DNA from: Lytechinus pictus
Taxonomy: Eukaryota
DNA: 64,000 bases
Direction: 5' to 3'
Assembly (NCBI RefSeq): GCF_037042905.1
Contig: NC_087245.1
Span: 9,922,001 to 9,986,000 of the forward strand
Made by a program: the position numbers and the translations under genes. Each line of letters starts with the position of its first letter. The first letter of the stretch is position 1. This document shows, in pieces, positions 12,293 through 26,676 of this stretch. The notes beneath the pieces are model-generated. The model made no database searches and was not told the DNA's origin. It saw only the letters and a list, made by a program, of their open reading frames with translations.

Positions 12293-13322
12293 CCTCTAAT
12301 TCTAAGTATTAAAACTTCTTTTTAAGGTACTGGAAGTTTGAGGTGCTGATTATCCTTCAAAAGAAGGATCTAAACAGATTTGGGAAGCAACAACGAGCGA
12401 TGCCTTGGTAAAGAGAAAGCTGATTGCTTGTCGTCGCGAGTTCAATTGTTCTTTTAATTCCAAGTACTTTATCCTGAAAGTTTAACATTTTGAGCTATAT
12501 TTGTGATCAAGAAAATGATCCTGTTCTAACTAAACATACACACAAGAGCTTTAATTTTTAATTCACTGACCAGAAAAAAGGACCTGTTAAGGAGTGTTTA
12601 CAATCATGAAGACGATACGTATCTAAACATCAAATAATGCGAGCGCGAAGCGTGAGCTGAAAACGTTTGATATTTCGACCTGAAAAATTGAGAATTCTAA
12701 GCGCTTTTTGTAATCATGCACATATAGGTATGTAACTAAACGAATGAAGCAAGCGCGAGCTGAATTTTTATAAGATTGAGCTAAAAACGGAGTTCTCTCA
12801 ATGGACACTTCCGTCTTTTGTAACGACCGCTTCAATATCTCAGTAAGATGTTATAGGTTACTTTTGCAAAGACATGAGTTTCAGAAGTTTCAAATCGTAA
12901 TATTCATAGAAATTATTTTGAAATTAACAAAAGAATTTGGGTCAATATATTTCGATGAAAAAGATATCTACCAATTTATTTTTCTACAGAAGCCGGGTCA
13001 CTTGCATATACCAAGGATTCACAATAAATCCAGATCTGGCGGCGGTGAATATGCCTAGCAACCAGCTGAATATTAGATTTAGCATTAAACCTTGTAGATT
13101 TAAATATATAAAGCTAAAAGATTTAAATTTAAGTCTTCTGTGATTTTAAAGTTATTCCCTAAGATAAAAAGTAAACGAATTTTTTTACTGAAAAGTATGC
13201 ACAGCCGATCTGAATTCATTTCAAATCCTTGAGATTTAGAATGTATTCTTTATGTTTCTCGTTGTGTAACCATATATATTTTCTCTGTTGGATTTGAATT
13301 CGAATTGAGAAATTTAATATAC

Positions 13323-13493
13323 CTCCTGTTGCAAGCTATCGAAGATTTCTTGGGCCGATTCAGTTGTATTGTATTTGATCTGTATCTCATCCATGTTATC
13401 TTCGATCACTTGATCAATTTTATCACGAAGGAGATACCCAGAGATACCAGCAGCTAACTCCAGAATTAGAAGAATAACCAGAATGGAGACAAA
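13323..13493 (-). CDS. Tetraspanin exon 3 (TM3 and start of EC2)
   Basis: cctag acceptor, gtatat donor; 171 nt; FVSILVILLILELAAGISGYLLRDKIDQVIEDNM...IFDSLQQE; absent from the ORF track. Confidence 0.93.
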
Positions 13494-14303
13494 CTAGGAT
13501 ATCAAGCAAAATTATGATTTTCATGAAGACACGATAGAGTAACAAAAAAACAAACATATCGATTCCAATATCATTTGATTATGTAAATGAATTATTATTA
13601 AAATTAGAAAAATATTATCGACATCCAGCTATATTATCACCACTCGAAGGAGATTGGTGGTATCAACATCAAAAACTCTGAAGTCATAAGTCCGCTTTTC
13701 CTGTCTACAAAATTGGACATAACGGACATGGGTTATCAGTTATCATGTGATCTGAATTTCAGGTCATTTGATTATGGTCAAAACTATAAAGACATCTGTA
13801 TAAAAAGAATTGATGAAACATATTTCTTCTTTCAAACCTAGGCCTATATAAATCCAATCATTTTCTTATTCCTTGATGCTTGATAGAAAATGGGTGAGGG
13901 ATGCTCATAACCATTTTTAAGTATGTTTTACATGAAACATTGACAAAATATCATATTTGAATATTGAAATATTTTATATTCAAAATTATATGGCAGCGCA
14001 GTGGAATATGGTAGACTACCTAGATATTTCGTCATTTAAAAAGTAGGGGTTATGGTCATTACAATAGTTGCACGGCCGATGCCTATGTTTTGTCTCATTT
14101 CTTCCCTATTTTTTATCTTGCCCCTTTATTCTTTTTTTACGCTTGAGAATCATAGGGGTGTCACCCCCTGCCCCCTTCCTGGTAGAGATGCACAGCAATC
14201 TTTCGTTATTACATTTCAATGTGCATTTTTATACAGATGTTATTTCTTACAAAATATCGTGGTCCATATACATGATTAAATTCATAAATCGATAGAATCT
14301 CAC

Positions 14304-14492
14304 CGGTTTGAGCATGCGTCGACTTTCCCTGCAATTTCCACAGAACCCTAAAATTGAGACAAGACTCGATATAATCCCAACCGTGATTAAAATCACAGGT
14401 ATAGCGGTACCAGAATCATAAGTGAAGTCAATATATCCACGGTAGACATTCAAGGTGAGAATACCTACTATCAAAATACTGATGCCCAAGAG
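14304..14492 (-). CDS. Tetraspanin exon 2 (end of TM1, EC1, TM2)
   Basis: ttccacag acceptor, gtgaga donor; 189 nt; LLGISILIVG...ILGFCGNCRESRRMLKP. Confidence 0.93.
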
Positions 14493-15372
14493 CTGTGGAA
14501 AAACAAACAAAATAAAAGAACAATATCCAACTAATTTCATGTAGAGTTTCCACTCTACTGAATAATTAATAAGTCAAGAAAGATGTCTTATTTGACAAAA
14601 CAACCTAATTCATGTTCATTATCTCGTTACTTCAATAGCTAAAAAAATCATTTATTTTTTATCAATGAATTTTTATTTGCATTTCAAATAAATGTCTATC
14701 ATCACAAATATTTCCAATGTCTACGACTGTTGACATTTTCACATTGAACTAGAAATCAATGAATAAGAAATAATAAACATGATGCTTATTTGTCATGTGT
14801 GTTAAAAATGTATACATTAATTTTTAGCAACAATCATTACCGTTTAGCACCCTGAAATATTAGGGGAAATGAAAGAAAAAAATAGATTCCACATTTTTAA
14901 TCAAAGTTTGTACTTTTCTGAGGGAAATAAGCTGTTACCATGGCAACGGGCCAATTGGAACTATTTTGATGACCTTAAATATTTTTTAATTTCATTTATA
15001 TTTGATTTAAGATGAAAATTAATATTGGGTAATCTATAATCATGTTTATCTACCATTTACAGGGGAAAACATGTATCAATCCGTTTCTATGGCGACGGTC
15101 AAAGACAACAATCAGATTCGTATTCAGTACCCTAAAAACAGGGGAATAGGGAACAAACACGCAAAATATGATTCTATAGATTTTGGGGGAATTCCCTACT
15201 TGCCGCCTGTGATATTATGCGTTGGATGATAATCGCATAATGTCATTTCCTGCGACAGTATTATGCGTCGCTATACGACATTCTTGGTTGTAACAATGCC
15301 TACAACACGTACAAAGCCATGTAGCACCAAGGGAGCACCACCAGTTTAGGCTCGCTGTCCAGCATTACTTAC

Positions 15373-15435
15373 TAAAAATACCACATTGTAGAAACACATC
15401 AAATACTGACACGCCCTACTCCTGAACGATTTCAT
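15373..15435 (-). CDS. Tetraspanin exon 1 (N-terminus and TM1)
   Basis: aaaaATG start; MKSFRSRACQYLMCFYNVVFL then gtaagt donor; 63 nt, phase 0. In-frame upstream ATGs at 15531 and 15564 could extend the N-terminus. Confidence 0.85.
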
Positions 15436-18400
15436 TTTTGAAAGCCCGATCCAAAAGGCTAGATCCTTTTTCACAATTCCTGTTGCGGATAGAATGCTTT
15501 CTCTCAAGCAGACTGCCTTGAGCTTGCTCATGTCTTTCAGCTCATCAGTCGCGATGTGAATCATGTTTGCTTTCTCTCTTTATAGGCTTGGGTCGAGATA
15601 TCGAAATACATATTTTCCTATGCAAATACGAAGCATCGTTCTTTTTTTTTTCTTATTTCAATGGGTGTTCTGTGCATTCTCGTACCATGCATGGTCGCTT
15701 TCATAAACCCACATTTCTTGATCATCAGATCAATCTACCATTCCCTCTTTGTCGGTCACCATTCCAGGGTCCACCATTGCAAACGGGTCGCTGAACGGTT
15801 TTGAAAGCAGGGGAGGCTGATCGAGGCACCCCCCCCCCCCCATAGTTGCGTACGAGAGAGAAAGGGGTAGAAACGTTTTGTCTTCAAGAATCTAAATTTA
15901 GAAATTACGCCAAACATGTATAAATATTGATTTTCGTGGCTTGATAAAGGGGCGCTGATTTTACTCAGATTTTCCCTTTTCGACGGGAAAAGTTTTGTTT
16001 TTTTACTATGATCTTTAATATTGACGCTTATTGCGTGAACACCACCATAAAATTGTTGGACCACTTCCGCTGATCGGCAAATTTTATTTTCATCAAATTT
16101 GGTTCTTGCCTGTGCCGGGATATTCAACAACAAAAAAGAATAGAAAAGAGAAAGGTTCCATTTTCTTTCTTTCTTTCTTCTATGGAACATGAAGTTCGCG
16201 AAATTGAAAGCCAAGATATTTGGGCCTAAGTTACCCCCCCCCCTGAAATTCCTCTTGATTTCTCCATTAAAATTCATGTAGATTTCATTGACTTTTTTCG
16301 TTTGACGCCGCTGATAATGGGATTATGGGTCTACTGTCGAAAATTGAACATTTTCTGATTGTTCTGTTCTATATGATTTTTCATTTGTTGTCATGATATT
16401 GAGATTTGAGAACCATTAATTTCATTGATTTTGAAACAAAAAAAGAAGCAAATTTGCAACATGAGCTCGAGATTGCATCTGTTGGATTTATTAATGTTTT
16501 GTTTTATTTATTCACCATCGTCTTGTGATATAATTATAGTCAGGATGAAGATTTGTATTTAGGGGAATACTGCTAGTTTCTCATACATACACCGTTTTCA
16601 TGTATCTTGTTGCTCTATTGCGGGCTCTATTGTTCGTTCTTGAGACCAGATCATTTTGAACACGATATCGCCACACAAAAACCCGAACACGAATTAATGG
16701 TATTATGACAGTCGGGATTCAAAGAATGACATCCTAACCTTGATATACTACTTTTTTTTGCCTGGTGATTGTGGTCGAATCAGTGAATTGGTCATTTTGT
16801 GTTTCTGCACGTATCAGGGTATCCTCTTTTGATCACAATTATTCTTGACCTCGTCACTTTATATTCTGTGGGGTATCATCATCAACATCAAAAATGAAAA
16901 AAAAAAAAAACCGACAAAATTACATACAAAGGTGTCAAGATGCTGAATAAGCACATGTTTCGCTATATTTCTTTATTCTTGACCAGCTCTCACTTCCTTT
17001 TTGATATTGTTGTTGCATGCACGTTAATCCCATCCGTTATTCATCTTCAATTACTCCTCCCATTCCCGACACTATCTTTCTCCCCCACCCTCTCTTTCTC
17101 ACATCCTCAATACAAGCGCACGCATTTACCTCATCTCCTCCTAACTCCAACTCTCTCCTTCATATTTCACCCCCCCCCCCCAAAAAAAAAAAAAGAAGAG
17201 AGAGAAAAAAATGAATTTCCTTAATGTATTTCATCATTTCCTTCCTTTATTATTCATTAGCCAGGAATATCCTGCTAAGACCACAAGACAATGCAACCAA
17301 ACAACTCATGATTTAATTTCATCAAATTATTGCACTGACTAATATGGTTTATATGAGGTATTGTACAGCCTATTTATTTTTTAAGCCTCAATTGACATTG
17401 ATAACTTTAAGCATAAGTGATGTATTTGTCCAGAAATTACTGTTGATATTTATTATCTCTGCATGTGAATGGTTGATAGTTGAAATTATCATCTGCATTC
17501 ATAGAAATAACAATTTGTATTTTGCCCCCATCAGGTCTTCAAAAAGTTTGACAGTCTGTTACAGGATATGATAATGTTAGTTTACACACAAAAGAGAAAA
17601 TCAAGATGCAACTTTGAGAAGTGAAATACACTTCATTGTATAGCATGACTCATTCAATTACATATTTTCACATACATGTACTTTATATTTTATTGATGAA
17701 TACAATATCCTCAGTTGTTGAAGCATAAAAGTAATAAAGATAGGATTGGAATTAGTACATATACATCTTTATTTCAGAGTAATTATTTGAGCAATCAAAA
17801 GTCTAAATATAGCATATGAATCTTCCAATAAAAATATTCACATTAAATATTTTCTGTTTGATTTATACACATTGATATTCAATATTATATATGATCAAAG
17901 GAATTTTAGAAATAAAAACCACATGTTTAAGGAGTAAGAGATATCCCGAATTACCCCCTCCCTTACACATCTAATTTTTGGAATGCAGACAGTTCTTTGC
18001 CCCTCCCCCATTTCTTGAGTCTGAATTATTGACACAGACCATACTATAACAATACATGAATCAAGCATACACGCCAAATTGTTAATAGAGAATTTGGGGG
18101 AAATATGTGTACTATTATATGGGACTGATCACAAATAAAAGAGGTATATATTTATTTAGCAAGACTGAAAAGGGATATCATTCAGAAGTGATAAGAAAAT
18201 CTGTTTTTAAGTTAATATATTCAGGGGCATCATCAGGGTATTTTTATTGTTTGGGGGGGGGGGGGAGGCAAGATGAACAAGGTAACATCCCCCATCTGGG
18301 CATTACTGAGTAACATAACCTAGCCATATCTTTCTTCACTCTTCCACTTTTCTTTGTTTTGCTACTTCAAAACCCACGTAACACTACCATGAATATAATT

Positions 18401-19447
18401 GGGTGTTCTGCTGAACTAAATTGGCTACACTCACTATGTCTGGGGATGATAGTAAAATGTCAGAAATTGTTAAATAAACCCCCCCCCCAAAAAAAAAAAA
18501 AGACGGTTATTCATGTATCTCAGATTACCTAGTTAAAGGGATTAAATTGACAGTGCTTAGCTATAACAATTATAATCCAAAGTCACTTCTAAAAAAAAGG
18601 AGTACATTCACTTATCTGATCTTAATGTTCATATTTAATGAGAAATTCAACCTTGGTAGAGAGGTTAACTTGTAAAATTTTGAATGAAATAAAACCTTAC
18701 ATAACCTTACATAAGAAAGACAAAAAGTAATACATTTGTATAAATGATAATAATCAAACTAATTGACACTAAATTGAATCACCGGGTATTAATTGCCCGT
18801 ATTTTATTACACCAAAATATGGTTTAAATCTGTAGCTTAATGGTTGGCTAACAAATGTGACGATTCTGTCAATCCTGATGTAAATTATCTTGGTCTCATG
18901 CTTTCATTCTAGGACAGTTGTTTCTTAGTTCAACAATGATTAGGGGGTTGTTTCTTCAAAAACATTATTGAGTACTGGATAAACCATGGACAATGCCTTC
19001 TAATAAAATATGTAGATATGTGTTGTACATTAAACTTACAGAGAATTTACTGCCTTTTCAAATGATATCATATGTGCTCTGGTATTTATCCTACCTTCAT
19101 CAATTTCATGTATTAAAATTAATGTGAAACAGTCCCGAGTGCCCCTTTTGACATTCAATTTCAGTTACAAATGATTTTTCTTTTTCAAATTGCTTCATGC
19201 TGAAGTAAGCACAGACCTTTTACAACATCAACAATTTTCCTTTCATATTCCTTCAATGACCCATAGCTATTATAGACATAAGATTTATAACAATCTTGTA
19301 TAGCGCATATCATCGAACATCTCTACGTGCTTCCAAACAGGCCTTGGATATTGCTATGCTTAATAATAAATATCATGAAGTGATGAATACAACTTTGCCT
19401 TAATTTAAGGATAAAAAATATGGATAAACATTTTGGGGGAAAAAATA

Positions 19448-20255
19448 TCACCTTTTGACTAATCCCTTTAAGTTTTCTTGTAATCTGGCAATATCATCAT
19501 CAAGCTTTGATAAGCCTACCTGAAACTGAGCCTCATACTGTGATGCTATTGATGATATAGTTGACTCGGATACAACTGACCCTACCTCAGCGGCATTGAA
19601 TATTCTACCAAGGTCTCTCTCCGAGTGTTCATTTCTCCTATTCAACCTTGAATCACTTCTCAATGTAGATGGTGAGGATTGCTTATCATACCCTGTCCTC
19701 CCTAAGCTATCAGAAATATGTGCATTTCCACCATGTGGTACATGCTGTCTCGCTGACTTTGTTGCTGGCGACACCTCCTTTTCTACCCAGTCAGGTATGC
19801 CGCCACCACTACTAGTTCTATGGCGCGAGGTGTGGAATAGATAGGGCTTCCGATTGCCAATTCGGGGATCAGCAATGCTCATATACGCTGTCCCATCACG
19901 GTCTAATGTGTCATCCACAAGGGTAGAGTCTAAATCATCATATCTCCCATCCGCTCCAAATTTATCATCCATTTGAGATGGATTAAGTTTTTCTGAACCT
20001 CCAGTGAAGACAAAATTATGATCCAAAGAGCCTTGATGATCAGGGACCTGCCAATCTCCTGTGGGTAAAGCATGAGGAGAAGAGCGTTGATGATCAGAGA
20101 TCCTCCAATCTGACATGTGTAATGCATTAGGAGAAGAATGCTTGGTGGTATGATCTTCTTGCGATGATGACGACAAGGAATAAGATGACAAAGAATCATG
20201 CGGTGACCTTTGACATTGTCTCAATGCTGTTTGGAGACCATCAAGTGAACCATTT
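19448..20255 (-). CDS. CCDC14: CCDC14-like terminal coding exon
   Basis: tttag acceptor in phase 2 joins the 258-aa ORF; ends EAQFQVGLSKLDDDIARLQENLKGLVKR-stop, like the CCDC14 C-terminal motif. The nine exons sum to 3370 nt in one frame. Confidence 0.9.
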
Positions 20256-22391
20256 CTAAATTGAAATAGAAATTATGGGAAAAGGAATGGCAATTATTTA
20301 GAATTACACATAGAAGAGATGAAAAGAGAGACACACAATACAGTAAAATGCATTAAAAAATTATATAGATTACTCAGTATATATTACTGTATCAAATCCA
20401 TGTACATTCCAAATCAAATGGCATGGACTATATTTTTCAATACAGTGAGTGTGCTACAAATTGGAAAGAGGAGTATAAATTCCTTAATGACCTTCTTTTA
20501 GTCCAAGGCTTGAAGCCTTAAACATAGTTCAGCAAATATACTTTTACTAATTTTGTTTGAGAGTACAAAGTACACTGAGTTTGTAGACACTAAGACACTA
20601 TAAAGGTTCATAAACACAATTTTTTCAACCCCTTTGTGTGATGACTATTAGACATAAGAAAATGTTTATTAGACTACAATTAATTATGGTGATGTTATCA
20701 ACTTTCTACATGAGTTCTTGTAACTTCATTTATTTACAAGAATGTCACCCATGTATTCAATCTGCTTGTACCTTAAAACGATTTGATAGGATTTGATCAG
20801 GATATCATTTTACAATTTCTCTGAGACTTAGCTAAAGGCTGAATCCACCAAGATTCCAATAGGAAGAAGTACAGTAGATTGTTCAAATGATCAAATAACA
20901 CCAATTACATAACAGCTGCATTACAAATAATGAAATTACAACACTTTCAAGTCTGATTTTGATATTACTGTGCACAAGCACGTATTCAAGTTTTGAGGGT
21001 CATGAGCTGACTGCATGCAACATCATTAACAAATATTACAAAAACCCAATATAGTTTTTTTTTACTTTAATTACTTCTTTTTTTTTTAATGTTTTTATTG
21101 AAGAAATCAAAACAAATCACAAACAATCACAAGCAATCAAAACATTTACAAAATATTGTATCATTAAACAAAACAAAACAAAAAAGGAGGAAATAAAAGA
21201 AATAAAAAGGCAGCCTTTTTATATCCAATCTTACATCAGCTCTAATCACTTATGATTAACATGTAGGATTTTATAGATAAAAGAAATCAAAATGGAGCAG
21301 TCACACCTGTCCCAATATCAAAAGTGTCATTGTAGAGAAGCTCGATATAATATAAAATAAATTAATCTGTGATATAACCTCTGCAAACGAGGGCAAAAGT
21401 TGCATGATAATAAGACAAAACCATACACTCTTCAAATGTTGAGTAAAAGAGAGAGACAAAAAAAAATTATATTAAAAAAAAAAAAACATTAGCGGGTAAA
21501 AGGGAGGCATGCAAGTCTGCTGGGAAAAATTTAACACAAAACTTAAATTTCACATAAAAATATGCACATTCCAAACCCAATAAAACATGCACAGCTCTAG
21601 TGCTGTAAGGCAAAGCTGTGAAAGGTCCGGACGATCGCCGAAACGGCGATCGTCCGATCCGATCACAGCCTCCCCGTCGATCCATTCTCTCGTTATGATT
21701 GCGTAGTGATCTTTACTTTACTTCTTTAGAAAAGGATACCTTTTAGTTCTCTATGATATATTGGAAAGCATTATTAAAGAGGTATTCAACCCCAAAGGAA
21801 CAAGAGAAATGAGACAAGTAGAAAGGTGAACATTTTAATAATATTCGACTAACAATAAGAAAGTTACACAATTTGAAAAGTTGTCAAAATTTGTATTACC
21901 TATGGAGATAAAATGTCACTTTTTTATAGTTTTACTTCAAATCATTTTTTTAATTAGGACATAAGGCAATATGCTACCTGTATAATATTCTGATTACTGC
22001 CTATAAAGAGGAATTGGTACTTAAGAGTAAACCACAAATGCCTGTCAACTAAGTACATGCATGGCCTATGGGAAAGTCATCCATACCAGTTACCCAGTTT
22101 CCAATTTGGAATTAAGTTTGTCTTACGGATCTTAAAGTCCCACTGCACCTACGGATGCAGAGAGGATGTCAAACGGATAAGAATCTTGCCATCCATTGGG
22201 AACGTTATGTGTTTTTTGTGTACTCTTTGCATACGTGTTTCATACGCTCTATATCCATCAAGCATCCATCCACTATAATTTCATTGTTTGCCCATTTTGT
22301 CCATTGTCTGGAGCGGATGGAGCCACCCCAAAATTTTGCTTGTCCGCTGTATCCGTTATGAATATGTTTTGTGTCCGTCGGCCAGTGGGAC

Positions 22392-22553
22392 CAGGGGCCC
22401 GTTTCATAAAGGACTTGCAACTGTTGTAACTTTGCCATTATGGCAACTACCATGGTAACCTTGATTTTGAATGACTGCTGAGCCTGTTACCATGGTAGTT
22501 GCTATAATGGCAAAGTTATAACAGTTGCTAGTCCTTTATAAAAAGGGCCCCAG
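22392..22553. mobile_element. PIF/Harbinger-like palindromic MITE
   Basis: gggcccgtttcataaaggact ... agtcctttataaaaagggccc, flanked by 3-bp CAG duplication; relatives at about 30245-30405 and 34720-34865. Confidence 0.75.
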
Positions 22554-22966
22554 GCCTTTACTGGTTATCTGATTTCTTTCAAACTTTCTTCATTCTGTTT
22601 TACTAATTTTTCTCCTCTTCCACAAAATGTTATAACCAAAGTTGGTAATACAAGTTATACACCTATGTACCATGATAAGGAGATCTAGAAAATTTGTACA
22701 ACCTATACATTGAAAATCAAACAATGAAATCAATACTTGCAAAATACTTGAGGTAGATAAAATTAAATCATAACTAAGATGACTAAAACTTTATTTTGGC
22801 AAGCTACTTGATTTGACAATAAAAATGAAGCATGTGATTGTAATGCCTTTGGTCTATGTTTCACTTTCCTTTCAGAAATCTTTCTTTCTCTCTCTCCCCA
22901 TCATTCCGCCTTTCTCTCTCCCCCTCTTTCTCTCCCTCCCCACACCTCTCTTTAATAATCAATACA

Positions 22967-24646
22967 TAGGGGAAGGCGGGGTAAGTTGAGCATAGGGGCA
23001 AGTTGAGCCACCACCCCCAGGCTAAGAATGAATGAGTCAGACATTGTGGTGGTGTCATGCATTGATGACCCATTACATAACCCTTGACCCCACCACATTG
23101 TTTTCAACTTTGAAACAAAAAGTACTTTTTTAGAGGGAAAAATACAAATTTCAGCCAAAAAAGTAAAAAAGGGTGTGAAATTGATCAGTGCTTTTTACCC
23201 ACACACGTTTTAAAATATAATAAAGAAATAAGAACAATATTGTTAGTCCAGGTATGGATTCTCATTCTTGTCATAAGTCTTTTACATGATGGATGCATAA
23301 GAAATGTGTGGATGTGAAAATATCGCATTAAGTTTGGACTGGGGTAATTTGTGCCAGCCAACATGGGGCAAGTTGAGCCATGGTAATTCTTATGTTAATG
23401 TATAATAAAAAAAAAAAACCTTAAAAAAGCCATTGATATGCAGGCAGAACAGAGCAAATTCACATGACAGTTCTTTTACTTTTAGAGGATGTAATAATTA
23501 TAGAGAATTAGCAAAAAGACTTTAAATAAAAATTGACATGCCGGTTCTTCCCGCATACATTTATTTACATAGTTTTTGTGGCTCAACTTACCCCAGAAGG
23601 TGGCACAACTTACCCCACAGATGGGGTAAGTTGAGCCATTTGACATCGTTTTTTTCAAAGGTCACAAAGACTTTCAGTGTGGGGGTAGAAAATTATATAC
23701 AGTGCGTCCCAGAAAAAACGAAACCGAGATTTAGCGATGATTTATCATAACTTAATCACAAATAAAATAGACAAATGACCTACCAATGTAAAGCTTAGAA
23801 TCTCCTCTTTCATCTGATATTAATTAGATTATTTCTCCTTCACGCATGAGTGAGCAAAAACAATTTGAAGAGGGGATACCAAAAAGTCATTTGGCGGGTT
23901 GTATCTAGCTTTCAAAAGGAAAACCACATTTTTAAAAAGTTCAATATCTGCTCTTTAATTTGATACCTCAATTACAGAAAATGGTCAAGAAATAACAAAG
24001 TTCTGGTTATTTGAAATAAGGCTTGAATTTTAATAATTTCATAAAATGAAGAGGTTTTACAGGCTAGCGTTCAAACTCACTCGACACTCCGTTTTGTTTG
24101 CGATCAGCCATGCATTAAGTCTTTTGTTAACCATGCGATAGCTTCTGTGGGAAACCGGTGAAAACAGTTTATTTAATGAAATTATGGAAATTCAAGCCTT
24201 ATTTCAAATAACCAGAACTTTGTTATTTCTTGACCATTTTCTGTAATTGAGGTATCAAATTAAAGAGCAGATATTGAACTTTTAAGACATGTGATTTTCT
24301 TTTTGAAATTCATATACACCCCGCCAAATGAGTTTTTGGTATCCTTCCTTCAAATTGTTTTTGCTCACTCATGCGTGAATGAGGAATAATCTAAGTAATA
24401 TCAGATGAAAGAGGAGATTCTAAGCTTTACATTGGTAGGTCATTTGTCTATTTTATTTTTCATTAAGTTATGATAAATCATCGCTAAATCTCGGTTTCGT
24501 TTTTTCTGGGACTCACTGTATAGGTGAAAAATATTTCTGAAGAATCAAACTTAAAGGCAAGGTACTTAATTCTTCAATATTATTAGTCATATCAATTCTA
24601 ACATGCAAAATGCAAAAAGTGTCACAACTTACCCCGCCTTCCCCTA
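22967..24646. mobile_element. TA-flanked non-autonomous DNA transposon
   Basis: TIRs ta-ggggaaggcggggtaagttg / caacttaccccgccttcccc-ta. Confidence 0.85.
23700..24518. mobile_element. Tc1/mariner-like foldback MITE nested in the previous element
   Basis: ta-cagtgcgtcccagaaaaaacg ... cgttttttctgggactcactg-ta; inverted arms over 300 bp. Confidence 0.88.
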
Positions 24647-26676
24647 CTCATCCACAAGAAATTATGACATAAATATAAAAGAAAATAATTATGCTTATGA
24701 TTCTCTGCATACTATCAGAACAGCTGAATGTTTCAGGGTCATATGCAGAAAAAAAATCACTCAAAATATGCTAAAATCTCCCCCCCCCCTTTGCATGTAA
24801 AAACCCTCTCTTTTCATCAAGAGGTAGTAAAGATAGAAATCTATTCATTAATCTGATTATGTTAGAGTGTACTTGAAAGTCTATTCCTTAACCTTCAATT
24901 GTAATGCGATAAGTGTTTGCTCGGGCTTGGACCAATTATCTACCAGTATCAAATCCACCTGAAATCTATGGTTGAGCAAACACAATTAAACATGAAATGA
25001 GAGTGCAGTATAGGGCTATTGGCGTGTATACTGGACTCCAGTTTGACTGACACCATGGTCTACTGGGCTACAATTAATATATGGGTAACTATTAGTGTCA
25101 AATGTTTGTTTATATACTGAATGTGTCTTGCGAAAGTACTGGGATCATCCCCATGTCTCTATGGTGAAGAAAACTATTTCATATATAATTTCCGGATGGT
25201 TTTTAATGCTTAGAGTGCCAAATAGGATTATTTACCACTCGTCAGATGGAACACCCTATCGAAAAATGCTGTTTTTCATTGGGGTCCATACACACAAATA
25301 TACAATCATGGACTTACTATTAGGTCCATGATACAATCAAACATGATGATAACAAAAGCACAAAATCATGAATAATAAAATATTGGTAAAACAAACACAA
25401 ACAACAGATATGGACGTTTGTGTCACATTTGACCATAGAGCCAGTAAACCACAACTTTAAACATTGGTTTAAGTTTAACCGGAGTTAAGAATACAGGCCT
25501 TTATAATGAAGATGACAGAACTGCAAAAATTTGCAGTTTCATGGTATCATATGTACACATACATGTTCAGTCATTCTAAATGTATCTGAAAGTATAACTC
25601 TTTAAAGAGCGATCACTTGACTAGATATCACTATCATGGGGAGAGGGATAATACCAGCATAATAATATATTTCATTTATCATTGAAGATTTCCCTACAGG
25701 ATATACACATATACTACATCTTTCAGCTGGTAGAAATGCAACCCATATGGCCAAGAAGCTCAATGCAAGAGGGATGTTTTCAATACCCTCCACAGCTTTC
25801 AAGCACATATAATCACATGGTACTTTATCAATGCTTAACTTACAGGCACTTATAGGAGATAATAAGAAAAACATTGGAAAAATATTATTATTAAGTCCAT
25901 CCTGACATAAAAACATCTACTAGTTTCACTATACTTTCCCCATAGTCTGGTATATCTGTATACTCTTGTCGATTTTAATACACAACTGCAGCTGGCAAAC
26001 ATGTCATTGACCATATGAAAAATACTATGTAAACAATAAAGAAGCAGACATACAATAACCTTTATAGAATTTCCATAGACTGGAAAAAAAATCAGTATAA
26101 TTTAACACTGATATGATAGGTAATGCACATCCTTTTGGCAAGATTTAACCAATGCGGTGATGTCTTTTATACAGATCAAAACTGGGAATTTGAGTGCAAA
26201 TTTAAGTCTCACTTAATTTTTTGTGAAACACCCCTCCCCCTGCATCAATGAGAGCTTATAAGATTAAACATAAAAATGATTTATGGCTACACATATCAAG
26301 TAATACATTTAAAGCATGTGATACATCACACAATATTTAGTAATTGTGCAATAAGTTATCCCGTGCATTTCAGATTTATTGAGAAACATTTTACTTCCTT
26401 TTGAAAAAAAAAAAAAATCAAAGACTCCATTGGTATCAAAATGTTATAAACTACAAAGCAAGACAATGCAAATTTTATGCATTTTCACAAGTTGCCAAAA
26501 AAAAAAGGAAAAGGAAGTACCAGTAACCAGCATTGCTCTCATTGTATTACATACAATGAATTTATTCAGGCCTATATGTATAAAAGCACATTATTTTCTA
26601 AGCCCATTAATTTGATTTTTTTTAAAGCAAAATTTCACTTTCACTTGATGGAATCTATGCGTTATAAAAAGCATAC

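Noticed and set aside
24893..24958. 66-nt AG/GT-bounded candidate CCDC14 exon
   Set aside because: In the required phase 2 it reads R-W-I-stop; the flanking exons join in frame without it and the polypyrimidine tract is weak. A poison exon cannot be excluded.
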